This document shows, one piece after another, positions 36,441-58,447 of a DNA stretch of 64,000 bases. Origin of the DNA: Dictyostelium discoideum. Its lineage: Eukaryota. The stretch covers positions 5,386,250 through 5,450,249 of the forward strand of contig CM000153.2 in the NCBI GenBank assembly GCA_000004695.1, in the 5' to 3' direction. The number at the start of each line of letters is the position of its first letter. The stretch's first letter is position 1. Both the position numbers and the translations under genes were made by a program. Under the pieces are notes generated by a model, which saw only the letters and a program-made list of their open reading frames with translations, was not told the DNA's origin and did not search any database.

Positions 36441-39229
36441 TTAAATTTTATTTTTATTTAAACCAACTTTTTCTAATTTTCTTTTTAATGTTTGTTGTAA
36501 CATTTTATTCTTTTTATTTTTATAAAAGTAATAAATAATACAAACTATAATGACTGTTAAGAAAGCAACACCACCAATGACGATACCAGCGATTTGACCT
36601 TTAGTAAGAGATGAATTATTTGAACAAATTGAATTTTCAGAATTACTGGATGCTGCTCTTTGATCAATAATGATTGAAAAGTCTGGATCAATAATAACTT
36701 TATTCGAATATTGTGGAATTGTAATTCCAATAAAACTTTGAGTTGAATATGAATTTGATATTGGTTTCATTGTTGAATCTAATAATATATTTTCAATTGA
36801 TTGAACTTTTGAATCGATAATTGCACGTTTAATAAATCTACCATAGACTGAATGATTATCTACTTGAATCTTTATATAATTTGAGTCATCACCACTTGTT
36901 GTATTACCAAATTCTTTTGATGAACAAATATCATCATTGTTTTCACTTGATATTAATGATGCTGACATTACAAATTGTAATGTATTTAATGATTGTGAAA
37001 ATGGATATTTATTAATTTCGATTGTATATTTAATTGATGATGGATTCATTATTAATTGTTGATTTGCAAATTCAACTATACTACTTTTATTAAACCATTC
37101 AATTGTTGCACTAATATTTGTAATAGTATTTGTATTTGAATTAACAATTGATGTTTCATATAAATTTTTATTACTTTCGAGTGGTGTAAATATCCATTTA
37201 TCAAAAGTATATAATTTAATTTGTTCACCTTTATAATTTAATTCTCTTAATGATACTAATGATATTAATGATTTAAATATTATTTTTGATATATTTTCAT
37301 CACTATCACTACTATTATCAGGTGATGGAATTGGAATTTCAGTTGATGGTGTAGTTGTATTTGTTGATGGTTGTGGTACTATTATAATTTGAGAAGTACA
37401 AGTTAAACCAATAAATGGTGGATAACAAATACATCCACCGTCTTTACAAATACCTTGGTTTGAACCTCCACATTCTGGATTACCTTGACATTTTTGTGGT
37501 GGGTTTGTTGGTATTGGACTAACTGTTGGTATTGGTGTTGTGGTTGGGGTTGTGGTTGGTGTTGTAGTTGGGGTTGTAGTTGGTGTTGTAGTTGGTTCAA
37601 TTGGGTCTGTATAATTAAAAAAGAATAGTTTTGGTTGAACTATAAATTCATTTGATTCCATAGATGTTGAAGAACTTGTAATTTTAATTGTAAAAGATTG
37701 ATTTGTTGATCTAATATTTTCAATATAAATAAAACTATCAAAAATTGTTTTTGGAATAAATGATATATAATTTGCACCATCACCACCATCAGAGTATTTT
37801 AAAAGTACTCGAATTGAATTAATATCTCCAATGTTTCCATATGTTAACATTCTACCATAAATCATTAAATTACCACCATAATTTGTAATTGAATTGGTTG
37901 ATGAGATATATGGTTGATTATTTGTAAAAATACTTGTATTTATTGAATGATCAAAACCTAAATTTATAAGTGATTGAGTTGGATAACCACTATAATAACC
38001 TCCATTATTTATAAATCCAAAAACTGATAAAATGATACCATTCATATTACCAAAACCGATTGGTACAGTAGTTGTACATACGAATTTTGTTTTATATTGA
38101 AATGGTGTTGAATTTGTTGAAATACATTTATGTATATCTAATTCTAATGTTGTTAAATAAACAATTGGGAATTGATTATCTCTAATACCTGTTTCTTGAT
38201 CTTCACATTCGAATTCAAATGTAATACTTCTATCACCTAATGATCCAACATCTAAACTACTTTTACTACTTTTAAATGATAAAAGCATTGGTCCTGTTGA
38301 ATCATTAATACCACCACTACAAATGTTATTAATTGGTGATACTAAAACTATTGATGTATCATTTAAATAGTTTATAAATGGATTAAATTGTGATGACTCT
38401 GGATCTTCAGATAATTTAATATAGGAAGCTTGATTATTAAAAGTATCATATAAAATTACATCTGTGATTTCATAAGGTTGTTGAATACATTGTAATTGAT
38501 TTTCTTCAATATAAATTTCATATTCACCATTCCATTTATCACCTTTGATTGCTTTTGATGGTTCGATTGTAAAATTATGAAGTGAAGAATCGATTGTACC
38601 TCTAACTGAAATATAACCATTCTTTAATCCATTTATATTATCTTGAATAGTAACTAACCAACCAAATGTATCTTTTGGTAAATTTGATGGATTCTTTATA
38701 ATTTTACTAAAAATTGGTCCATATATATCAATATCTATGAAAAAAAAAAACGGTTAATAAGAATTTATGTATCAATATCTGTGAAAAAAAAAAAAAAATA
38801 ACATACTTTTTGAAATTAAATTTAATTGTGCAGATTGTGGTAGTTCAGAACTAAAGATTTTAATTTCTTTTGAAAAAGTTAAATAATAATTAGCAATACC
38901 AGTCATAGTGTTTGCAGGAATATTAAACATTACTTGATATCTATTATCTACCCATTCTGCGAAAATGTAATTTTCTTTAATTTCTCTATTATTTGAATTA
39001 ACTACTGAATTAAATTGATTTTCAGTTAAAGTTTTTGGATCCATTAAACTAAAACCAATTGATAAATCTTTATAATTATTAATATTTGTAAAATTAAAAT
39101 AAATAATATTTGAAACTGATTGATTTGTAACATGAACATTATTATATAAAAATGTAATATTAACTAAATCTTGAAAATTAAATTCTAAAAAATAAATATA
39201 TATATTTTAATAAAGGAGAGAAAAATGTT

Positions 39230-39275
<46 letters not shown>

Positions 39276-41362
39276 AAACATACCATTAATTTCAACAGAA
39301 GGTAATCGAAATGACTTTTGATTTAAAAATGAAATTGGTAAACCAATGTAATATAAATTAACCATACCAGAAAATGTTAATACTTTCATTAATTTTCCAT
39401 TTGAATCTTTTCCACCTAATACACCATCATAAATGGTTTCCCAAATTCCATGATAATAATCACCTGATACAATATCGTTTGGTGTTAAAGTAAAGGATGA
39501 TTTATCGGTATCACCTCTATATCTAATAGATTTAATTGGATATGGACCAATAGTTGATAATGTAAATTGAAGTAAAAATTTAAAGTTACCTAAATAAACA
39601 GAGTTGAAATCTTGAATTTTTCCTACGATTGTTTCATTATATGGTACGATATTGATTGGTTTGAATTCAATGTATTTGGAAAAAGAAATACTTATAAAGG
39701 TAAATTTCATATAATCAATAAAATATTGATATGTAATTGTTGAAACTGTTAAATTAAAATTTAAATTATTTCCTTCAGTGAATGCATAAGGGAATGGTTC
39801 AGCATAATTATTAAATTGATCAGTAGCATCATAATGTATAATTTTAAAATCATAATCCTTATTAAAATTAAGACTAACTGTATAAGTTGTTATTGTTTTA
39901 TTTTCGAAGATTGGATATGTAATATTATCTGATAATGGTAAAAATGGAGCTATTTTTTTTTAAAATGAAAAATTGGATTAGAAATTTTTTATTATTAATT
40001 ATTATTAATTATTATTATTATATTTTATATTTACTAGTAATAGAATTTGTAAAATCATAACTATTGTAATTAGGTTGACCATTTTGATAAAATAAAGAAT
40101 ATGAGCCAGGAAGATAGGAAAGACAAGATGCAATGAATTCAATATTACCTAAACTTCCTAAAATTGGTGTGACGATAAAATCAGTGGAACCATAAAATGA
40201 TAATTGAAAGCTTGGCATATTTGTGATATTTGTTTTTGTAAGTTTGAATTTAATAATTTGACCATAAAATAATGTCATTGCTATTATATCTGTTTGGTTT
40301 GGATATAATGTAAAATCTGTAATTTCACTATCAAGAATAGTTGGTGTTGTTTCTTTTTAAAAAAAGATGATTTTTAAAATAAATTTTAATATTATTCTTA
40401 TTATTTATTATTTATTATTTATTATTTATTATTTATTTATTATTTATTATTTATTATTTATTATTTATTATTTATTATTTATTATATATTATATATTATA
40501 TATTATTTATTATATTTTATTGATAAATACCATATTTGTATGTTATATTAAATGAAAGTTCATCGCCGTTAATTGGTAAAATAACTTTCCAATTGGGTGT
40601 TGTTTGAGTTCTAACAAAAGTATTAATGAATTTGATTCTATATAAATATGTATCTGATAATTTGACAATACTATATGATGGTGCGTCTGATAAAATTATA
40701 GGTCTTGGTAATCCATTTAATTTGAAAACTGCTGAATAATATGACATTTCATTGTATGTTATATCATTAATTAATGTAACTGATAGTTTTGATACATCAA
40801 CAACTTTTTCATTTTAAAAAAAATAAAATGTCATGGTGGTAAAGAAATTATAATTAAAAAAAAAAAAAAAAAAGTTAGGAAAAATCAAATAGAGATTTTT
40901 TATATTTTTTATTTTCATTTTTTTTGAAAATAAAAAATATAAAAAAAAAATAAAAAATAAAAAAATTGAATAATTACAGTTGCACGAATAATTTAAATTA
41001 ATATCAGATTCTGGAAATCCTGGAATTGTTACATTTGAAGTATAGGTTCCTTTTGAAATTTCAATTTCAAAGTTGTAAATAGCAGAATTTTCATTTTTAA
41101 CAATTGAACTATACACAAAAAAACTTTGAGAATCTAAAAATACTTGAATTGGTGGACCAGTTTGATCAAGAATATTGATAACTAAAATATTAATTGTAAT
41201 CTTACATTTAAGATCACCAATAGGTGATGGATAGGTATCTAATTCCAATTGGGAATTAATACATGAAGTTTCATACTTTTTTTGACAACTTACACAACAA
41301 AATAAATAAAAAATAAAAAATATAAAAACAAGTAAAGATCTTTTATTTATTGTTGTTGCCAT
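36441..41362 (-). CDS. Large type I transmembrane surface glycoprotein (about 1437 aa) of a multigene family. Six exons: complement(join(36441..38734,38807..39184,39284..39949,40035..40352,40531..40803,40978..41362))
   Basis: A signal peptide (MATTINKRSLLVFIFFIFYLFCCVSC) sits in the 5' exon. All five introns (72-178 nt) have GTAAGT/GTATGT/GTAAAT/GTATTT/GTAATT donors and (t)ag/aag acceptors, and every exon length closes the phase with the flanking ORF-track frames. The last exon has a (TTPTTTP)n stalk, an EGF-like module CQGNPECGGSNQGICKDGGCICYPPFIGLTCTSQ, the TM helix IAGIVIGGVAFLTVIIVCIIYYFY and a basic tail. The architecture resembles the Dictyostelium IPT/EGF adhesion (Tgr-like) families, but I cannot assign the family. 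Confidence 0.6.
40380..40500. repeat. (TTATTTA/TTATT)n minisatellite inside intron 4 of the large glycoprotein gene
   Basis: The periodic repeats tatttattatttattatttatt lie within the 40353..40530 intron. Confidence 0.7.
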
Positions 41363-41415
41363 TTTTATATTTTAAAAATTTTATTTTTTTTTAAAATTTA
41401 AAAAAAAAGACGTAG

Positions 41416-41458
<43 letters not shown>

Positions 41459-41743
41459 ACCAGCTGCTGGATGTTTCGTGTTTATAAAAAAAAAGATTAA
41501 ATATAAAAAAGTTTTTTTTTTTTGGATATTATTTCCCACCTTTGCATAAAAAAAAAAAAAATACCAGAAATACGTACTCATTTCTTAATAAAAATTTTTT
41601 TTTTTTTTTTTTTTTCCAATCAAAAAATTAATTTAAAGAATTTAATTATTTATCCATTACATAAGAAAACCTGTCAATCAAATCACAAATGTTCAAATAC
41701 CAAACAAAAAATAAATAAATTTAGTTCACACAATAAATATTTT

Positions 41744-41776
<33 letters not shown>

Positions 41777-41839
41777 GAGATCAATTTTAAGAAATTAGTA
41801 ATAAAGTTGTATTTGTTTATTATTTATTATTTATTATTT

Positions 41840-41879
<40 letters not shown>

Positions 41880-41888
41880 TTTGTTTTT

Positions 41889-42803
41889 TTATTTATTTAA
41901 ATTTGGATATTTTTCAAAAAGTTTATTAATATGACCTCTTTCATATATAAAGGTATTAATATTATATCTTTTGGCTGGGGCAGAATCTTTAACACTATCA
42001 TCCAAATAGAGGATTTGTTTACCTAATTCTTGAAATAATGATAATTGTTGTCCAATTAATGGTTCACCATGTTTCAAGACTACATCTTTAGTTTCTTGAG
42101 GAAAACAAATCTTTATTAGATATTCAATGAAATAGTTATCAGGTTTAGTTGCACCACAATCAAAACTATAAGCTTCTGCATCGAATAATGAACGAAAATG
42201 ATATTTATCTTCTAAATATTGAATTCTTGATGGAATATTACCACTGAATGCAACTAATTTATAATTATTACCTGGTTTCTTTAATGTATTCTTCATCCAA
42301 TTCGATAAATCTTCATCGAGAATATATCCACGATAATAAGCTTGTTTAATTAAATCTACATCATAATTTGATGGTACTTTAGATTTCAAATAAATATTCC
42401 AAAATTCATTATCACTAATCATTCCTTTTCTTAATTGTTGTGCTTTTTCACTAACTAATTCATCATGAATTAATACTACATCATATCCATATGAACTCCA
42501 TTCTGCTTTTGCAAATTCTTTTCCTAATAATAATAAAAAAAAAAATAATAATAATAAAAAAAAAAAAATGGAATAAATATTTTTTTTTTTTTTTATTTTA
42601 TTTTATTTATTTTATTTTATTTTATTTTATTTTATTTTATTTTATTTTATTTTATTTTATTTTATTTTATTTTATTTTATTTTATTTTATTTTATTTTAT
42701 TTTATTTTATTTTATTTTATTTTATTCTAAAAAAAGAATTTTTACCTGCAGAAAATAATACACCTCCTAAATCAAATGCTATACACCTAAAATTGTTATC
42801 CAT
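41889..42803 (-). CDS. HAD-superfamily hydrolase (subfamily IA-like phosphatase), about 230 aa. Two exons: complement(join(41889..42523,42746..42803))
   Basis: The short first exon is MDNNFRCIAFDLGGVLFSAG, HAD motif I (hhhDxDGVL). Donor GCA G|gtaaaa. The 221-nt intron is built largely from a (TTTTA)n microsatellite. The acceptor attattag| extends the 177-aa ORF upstream in frame (GKEFAKAEWSSYGYDVVLIHDELVSEKAQQLRKGMISDNEF...). Motif II/III/IV-like residues are present (LVAFSGN, K..., LYLDDS). The exon 1 coordinates could be off by a nucleotide. Confidence 0.65.
42590..42727. repeat. (TTTTA)n pentanucleotide microsatellite (~25 units) within the HAD gene intron
   Basis: Uninterrupted attttattttattttat... 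run visible in the sequence. Confidence 0.85.
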
Positions 42804-43017
42804 TGGGAATTCTTTAAAGCAATCAGAGACTGATTGTGAGGAGAGAAAAAAAAAATAAAAATTAAATTAAATTAAAATAAATTAAATTAATTTAAATTTT
42901 ATTTTTTTTTTTTATTTTTTTTATTTTTTTATTTTTTTTTTAATTTCAGTGCCCAATAATATTTTTTTTTTTTTTTTTTTATTATTATTTTTTTTATTAA
43001 CTTGAAAGGCACCTTGT

Positions 43018-43050
<33 letters not shown>

Positions 43051-43093
43051 GAAGATAATTATTTTAGTTGGAAAAATTTTTTTTTTAAACTAA

Positions 43094-48801
<5,708 letters not shown>

Positions 48802-49059
48802 AATAAAATATTTGTTTTTTTATTTTTTTTTTAATCAATTATTTTAATTTTTTTTAAAAGATTCCATAAAATTGAAGTTATTTTTTTATAAAAAAAAAAA
48901 AAACATATAAAATAAAAAAAAGAATAATAGAAATAAAAATTTAAATATATATTTTTTGACCTTTAATTTTTCAAAAAAATCTTCCAGACGACCATTTGCA
49001 AATGGTAGAAATTATTGAAACGAACCAATATTGCTTTCATTTTAAAAATTTCCAAAAAA

Positions 49060-49141
49060 GTAAGCTTGCCCGAGCTGGTCTAAGGGGTTGCATTAAGGCT
49101 GCAATATCATTGATACAAGGGTTCGAATCCCTTAGCTTACA
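49060..49141 (+). tRNA. tRNA-Leu (anticodon AAG), type II with a long variable arm, 82 nt
   Basis: GTAAGCT acceptor stem / AGCTTAC 3' half. D-arm GCCCGAGCTGGTCTAAGGGG. Anticodon stem TTGCA/TGCAA with loop TTAAGGC (anticodon AAG). Variable stem-loop ATATCATTGATA. T-arm with B box GGTTCGAATCC. Discriminator A. Confidence 0.85.
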
Positions 49142-49172
49142 AATAATTTTTTCAAAAAAAAAAGAGATCAGA

Positions 49173-49183
49173 GGATCGATTCC
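49173..49183 (+). promoter_or_regulatory. ex-B box (extra TFIIIC-binding B-box-like element) about 32 nt downstream of tRNA-Leu copy 1
   Basis: GGATCGATTCC resembles the internal B box GGTTCGAATCC. Its position matches the ex-B boxes characteristic of Dictyostelium tRNA genes. Confidence 0.5.
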
Positions 49184-49199
49184 ATATTGAAAAAAATCT

Positions 49200-49570
49200 C
49201 TCGAGTTGTTTGGATATGATAGATTTGAAATTTTTGGCTTGTTCGTTGTTTGTAGCTTTTTTTTCTTGTCTAATTAGTTTGAATATGTAGTTTTTGGTTC
49301 TCTCCCACGCTACGTATTGCGTTTTTTTAGTTCGTGAAATATTAATATTTCCTTTCTTGGGTTTTTGAGGGTGATTCCTTCATGAACTTTTTGTTTCTTC
49401 TTCTCCAGATGTTTTCGCATATAATGGCTATTGTATTGGATGTTAAAGAAATACCTAGTTTGTTGAGAACTTCAATACCCCATACAATCCTGGACCTCCA
49501 CTTTTCTCTTGTACGTAGTTTATGCAGTTTAAATAATTTGTAATTGAAATGAACTTTTTTTTTTGAATTA
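49200..49570. mobile_element. Non-AT-rich, non-coding block between the two tRNA-Leu copies. Probable truncated tRNA-gene-targeting retroelement (TRE-like) remnant
   Basis: The G+C content here is markedly higher than in surrounding intergenic DNA (e.g. ctctcccacgctacgtattgcg, gggtgattccttcatgaac, ccccatacaatcctggacctccac). There is no long ORF. It lies about 55 nt downstream of a tRNA gene with an ex-B box, the preferred insertion zone of TRE3-type elements. Confidence 0.35.
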
Positions 49571-49686
49571 TATAACGCAATTATTAGTTGCTTCTCCTTG
49601 AGCTTTGAAATGAAATAATTTTTTTTTTTTGAATTTGAAATGAAATAATATTTTTTTTTTTTTTTTTTTCAGAAATTTTCAAAAAA

Positions 49687-49768
49687 GTAAGCTTGCCCGA
49701 GCTGGTCTAAGGGGTTGCATTAAGGCTGCAATATCATTGATACAAGGGTTCGAATCCCTTAGCTTACA
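49687..49768 (+). tRNA. tRNA-Leu (AAG), second identical copy in a tandem duplication (coordinates +/-1)
   Basis: The same 82-nt sequence as copy 1. The upstream 20 nt (tttccaaaaaagtaagc) and the downstream ex-B box are duplicated too. Confidence 0.8.
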
Positions 49769-49800
49769 ATTAATTTTTCAAAAAAAAAAAAAGAGATCAG

Positions 49801-49811
49801 AGGATCGAATC
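49801..49811 (+). promoter_or_regulatory. ex-B box downstream of tRNA-Leu copy 2
   Basis: GGATCGAATCC sits about 33 nt after the tRNA 3' end. Confidence 0.5.
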
Positions 49812-50470
49812 CAGTGTTACGAAAAATTGATTTTATATTTTATTTTTATTTTATTTTTATTTTATTTTTATTTTTTTATTTTCGGTATTAACAAACCGAA
49901 CTTCGTAAAAATAGCAATATATTTTACACCAGATTGAAAACAATGGTAAAATTAATAAACCAAAATTTCCATGCGAAGTTCATCAATCTTTATCTCAATC
50001 AATCACTCTTTAAGATTATTTCAATAGTAGTATTTTCTATGCTCAGATCCTAAACTTCACTAAAAAAAATAGGTAAATATTGATATTGATATTGATTTTG
50101 ATTCTGTGAAATTTTCAATTGTTTTCCTAGAATTTTTATTTAACTCTTGTTGGAAATCATTAAACTTTCTGTGTGCATCATTGAACTGAAAAATATTAAG
50201 TACCCCAGCCAAAACTGCTATATTTTTTAATTTTATGAACATATTTTTATTTTTTAAATTTCTCTTTTGATAGCTGTTGGACTTGATTTTCATTCAAAAT
50301 ATTGTAGAATAAAATCAATCTTTAGTATTAAAAATTTTTGATTATTAATTAAAATGAAACCATAGTGGAGAAAGGAACTCCTTAAAATAATTTAAAAAAA
50401 TAAATAATTCCTTAAGGAATTAATTGAAATAATTGATTTTATTCATGAAATAATAAAAATTTAATATATT

Positions 50471-50507
<37 letters not shown>

Positions 50508-50567
50508 GGTGACCTTTTTATTTCTATTTTTTGATTTCTATTTTGAAAATAATTTAGATTTGATTAA

Positions 50568-50606
<39 letters not shown>

Positions 50607-51038
50607 GTTCTGGTAATTATTTAGATTTAATTATAATTCTGCATAAAAAAGAAATCTTTTCTACAACTGCTCGATCAATTAGTACCAACTGAGGCATTCG
50701 ATTTATTAGAAAAGTCCACTTTTATTTATTTATATAATACTATTATTGGTTATCAAATTAATAAAAAAAATTTTTTTATAATAAATTTCTTTATTTTTAT
50801 AAATAGATTTTATAATAAATTAAAAAAATATATATGTAATGAAATTGAATGATGTATTCGGATTGTATTTTATTGTATACAAATATAAAGAAAAATAAAA
50901 ATATCTATTAATTAAATTAATTATATTTTTTTTTATTTTTATTTTTTTATTTATTTTTTTTATACCAACTTTTTTATTTTACACAAAATTTTTTTTTTTT
51001 TTATTTTTGATAACTATATCTAACTTCTTTTGATTTAC

Positions 51039-51095
<57 letters not shown>

Positions 51096-51327
51096 GAAGT
51101 TATTTTCAAAAGGTGGTTTTGATAAAATTAATTTTTTTTTTTTTTTTTTTTTTTTAAATTTCCAATTTTTATTATTTTTTATTTATTTATTTCATACCCA
51201 CATTAATAATAGAAAAAAATATGAGTAATGTTAAAATAAAAAAATATAATTACAAAATCAAAAATTAACTTTTTTTTTTTTCTTATTTTTATTTTTTTTA
51301 ATTTTTTTTTTTTTTCAATTTTTTTTA

Positions 51328-56396
<5,069 letters not shown>

Positions 56397-56425
56397 TTAA
56401 TTTATTTAAAAAAAAATACTTTTGA

Positions 56426-56460
<35 letters not shown>

Positions 56461-56494
56461 TAATAAATTTTAAATAATCTCCATAAAATTAATA

Positions 56495-56588
56495 GGTAAT
56501 TTATGTAATGGTAAGGGTGTTACTTGTCCAATTCAACAAGGTAATTATTCAACAACAACTATTAATCAAGAAATACCTGAAAATGAAC
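56495..56588 (+). pseudogene. Short fragment copy of the ML-domain gene at 62247..62702 (inverted orientation)
   Basis: The stretch translates to GNLCNGKGVTCPIQQGNYSTTTINQEIPENE, against GNLCDGMGVTCPIPQGNYSTTTINQEIPENV in the intact gene. It has no start or upstream exon and is flanked by AT-rich DNA. Confidence 0.45.
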
Positions 56589-56934
56589 TTGAAAGTTTAT
56601 ATATATTTTTTTTTTTATATGGTATAAGGGTGGGAATTTTATTATATTTTTTCAAGTTTTATAATTTATTTTTTTAAATATTAATAAAATAGAATCTATT
56701 AAAAACATTACTGGTACCAGTAATACTATTTTTTAAAATAAAAAGAAATTAATAAAAAAATTCATTAAAAAAAAAAAAAAAAAAAAAAAAAATAAAAATA
56801 AATTAAAAAAATAAATAATGTAAATAACTTCTCAAACTAGCTTCTTTCATCAATTTCAATTGTAATTATTTATTTTTTAAATTTTTATATATTTTTTTAT
56901 TTATTTATTTATTTATTTATATATTTTTTAGTTT

Positions 56935-56970
<36 letters not shown>

Positions 56971-57687
56971 ATAATAATTTGAAAAATTTTAATCATTATC
57001 AACACTTAAGTTGTCTGAACAATCCGAATCAGAATTACGCCTCATCACCTTGATCGGCACCATCATTAAATTTATTTATTGAACCGGGAAAAAAAAACCT
57101 ATAAAATGTTAAAATATAATTAGTTAAATTAAATTTTAATAAAAGTTTGTAATGCTATTTTATAAATTAATAAAAATTATTAAAAAATAAGATTAATAAT
57201 AACAAAAAAATAAAAAAAATAAAATTTATAAAATTTATAAAAAAATGAAACTTATTATAAAAAAAAAATAGCATTTTTTATTAAAATTTAATTAATACTA
57301 AAAAATAAGAAAATATATTAGAATTTTTAAATTTTATTAATTCGGGGTTATTTTTTTTTTAAAAAATAATTATAATAATTATTAGAAAATAGGAATTTTT
57401 ATAAAAAAATAAGATTATTTATAAAAAATGTAACCTATATTATTTTTTAATAAAATATTAAAAAATAAGATAAATAATAATAAAAAAAAAATAATAAAAT
57501 ATATTAAAAATTGAAACATTATATAATTTGTAACATATTTTATTAAAATATAATAAATACTAAAAAAATGAGATAATATATAAGAAGGTAATAAATTTTA
57601 TTAATTATGGTTTTAATAATAAGATGTTTAAATAATAATAAAATAAATTATAAATTGGAAAATTTTATAATATTCAACATATTTTAT

Positions 57688-57718
<31 letters not shown>

Positions 57719-57939
57719 TACATTAATCTTTGAGAAGCAAAGAACTTGGTTGTGAACTCACAAGTGAAATAAAAATTATAATAAATTGTTTCTATATTAA
57801 TTTTTTTATTTTATATATAATTTCTTTTAAAAAACCAAAATAAAAGAATAAAATTATAAAATTAAAAATAAAAGTTGTTTTTTTAATTACATTAGTAAAA
57901 TTTATATGTTTATTATTTTTTTTTTTTTTTTATATTTTA

Positions 57940-58140
57940 TTAAAATAAATAAAATGATTAAAATTACAAAAATAAAAAAAATTATTAAAACGATTTTTAT
58001 TCATCATTTTATTTTTATTATTTATTTTCGTCATTTTATTTATTTTTGTAATTTTAATCATTTTAAAATGATTAAAATAAATAATAAAACTAAAGTGATT
58101 AAAATGACCAAAATAAATAAAAAAACTAAAGTGATTTAAA
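57940..58140. repeat. Cluster of direct and inverted copies of an AAA(A/G)TGA(T/C)(T/C)AAAAT motif, including the perfect palindrome taatcattttaaaatgatta
   Basis: aaaatgattaaaat, aaagtgattaaaatgacc, aaagtgatttaaatgacg and aaaatgaggaaaac, plus reverse-complement copies (gtcattttatttatttttgtaattttaatcatttt), are all visible in the sequence. Confidence 0.6.
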
Positions 58141-58447
58141 TGACGAAAACAAATAAAAATAAAATGAGGAAAACCTTTAAAATAATTAAAAAAAATAATA
58201 AAACTAAAATTATAAAAATGAATAATATGACAATTAATTTAGTTTTTTAGTTTTTTTAAAAAAAAAAAAAAACAACGAAAACACAAAATTATTCTTTTTC
58301 TTTTATTTTTTTTAATTTTTTTATTTTTTTTAGAGGTCCAAAGAGCAAATAAAATGACTAAAACAACAAATTATTCTTTTTAATTTTTTTTTCGCATTGG
58401 CGTGAAGTTAAACTAATATATAACCTATTGAATGATAGTTCATCTTC

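Noticed and set aside
40353-42730. Periodic short repeats (ttattta, tttta, tttatt) that could superficially resemble spaced repeat arrays
   Set aside because: The units are 5-7 bp and contiguous, with no unique spacers. They are AT microsatellites inside introns. No CRISPR-like architecture is present anywhere in the window.
48996-49937. ORFs 48996..49190(+) and 49737..49937(+)
   Set aside because: They are read straight through the two tRNA-Leu genes (TTG-initiated in the track). The tRNA cloverleaf and A/B boxes explain the sequence.
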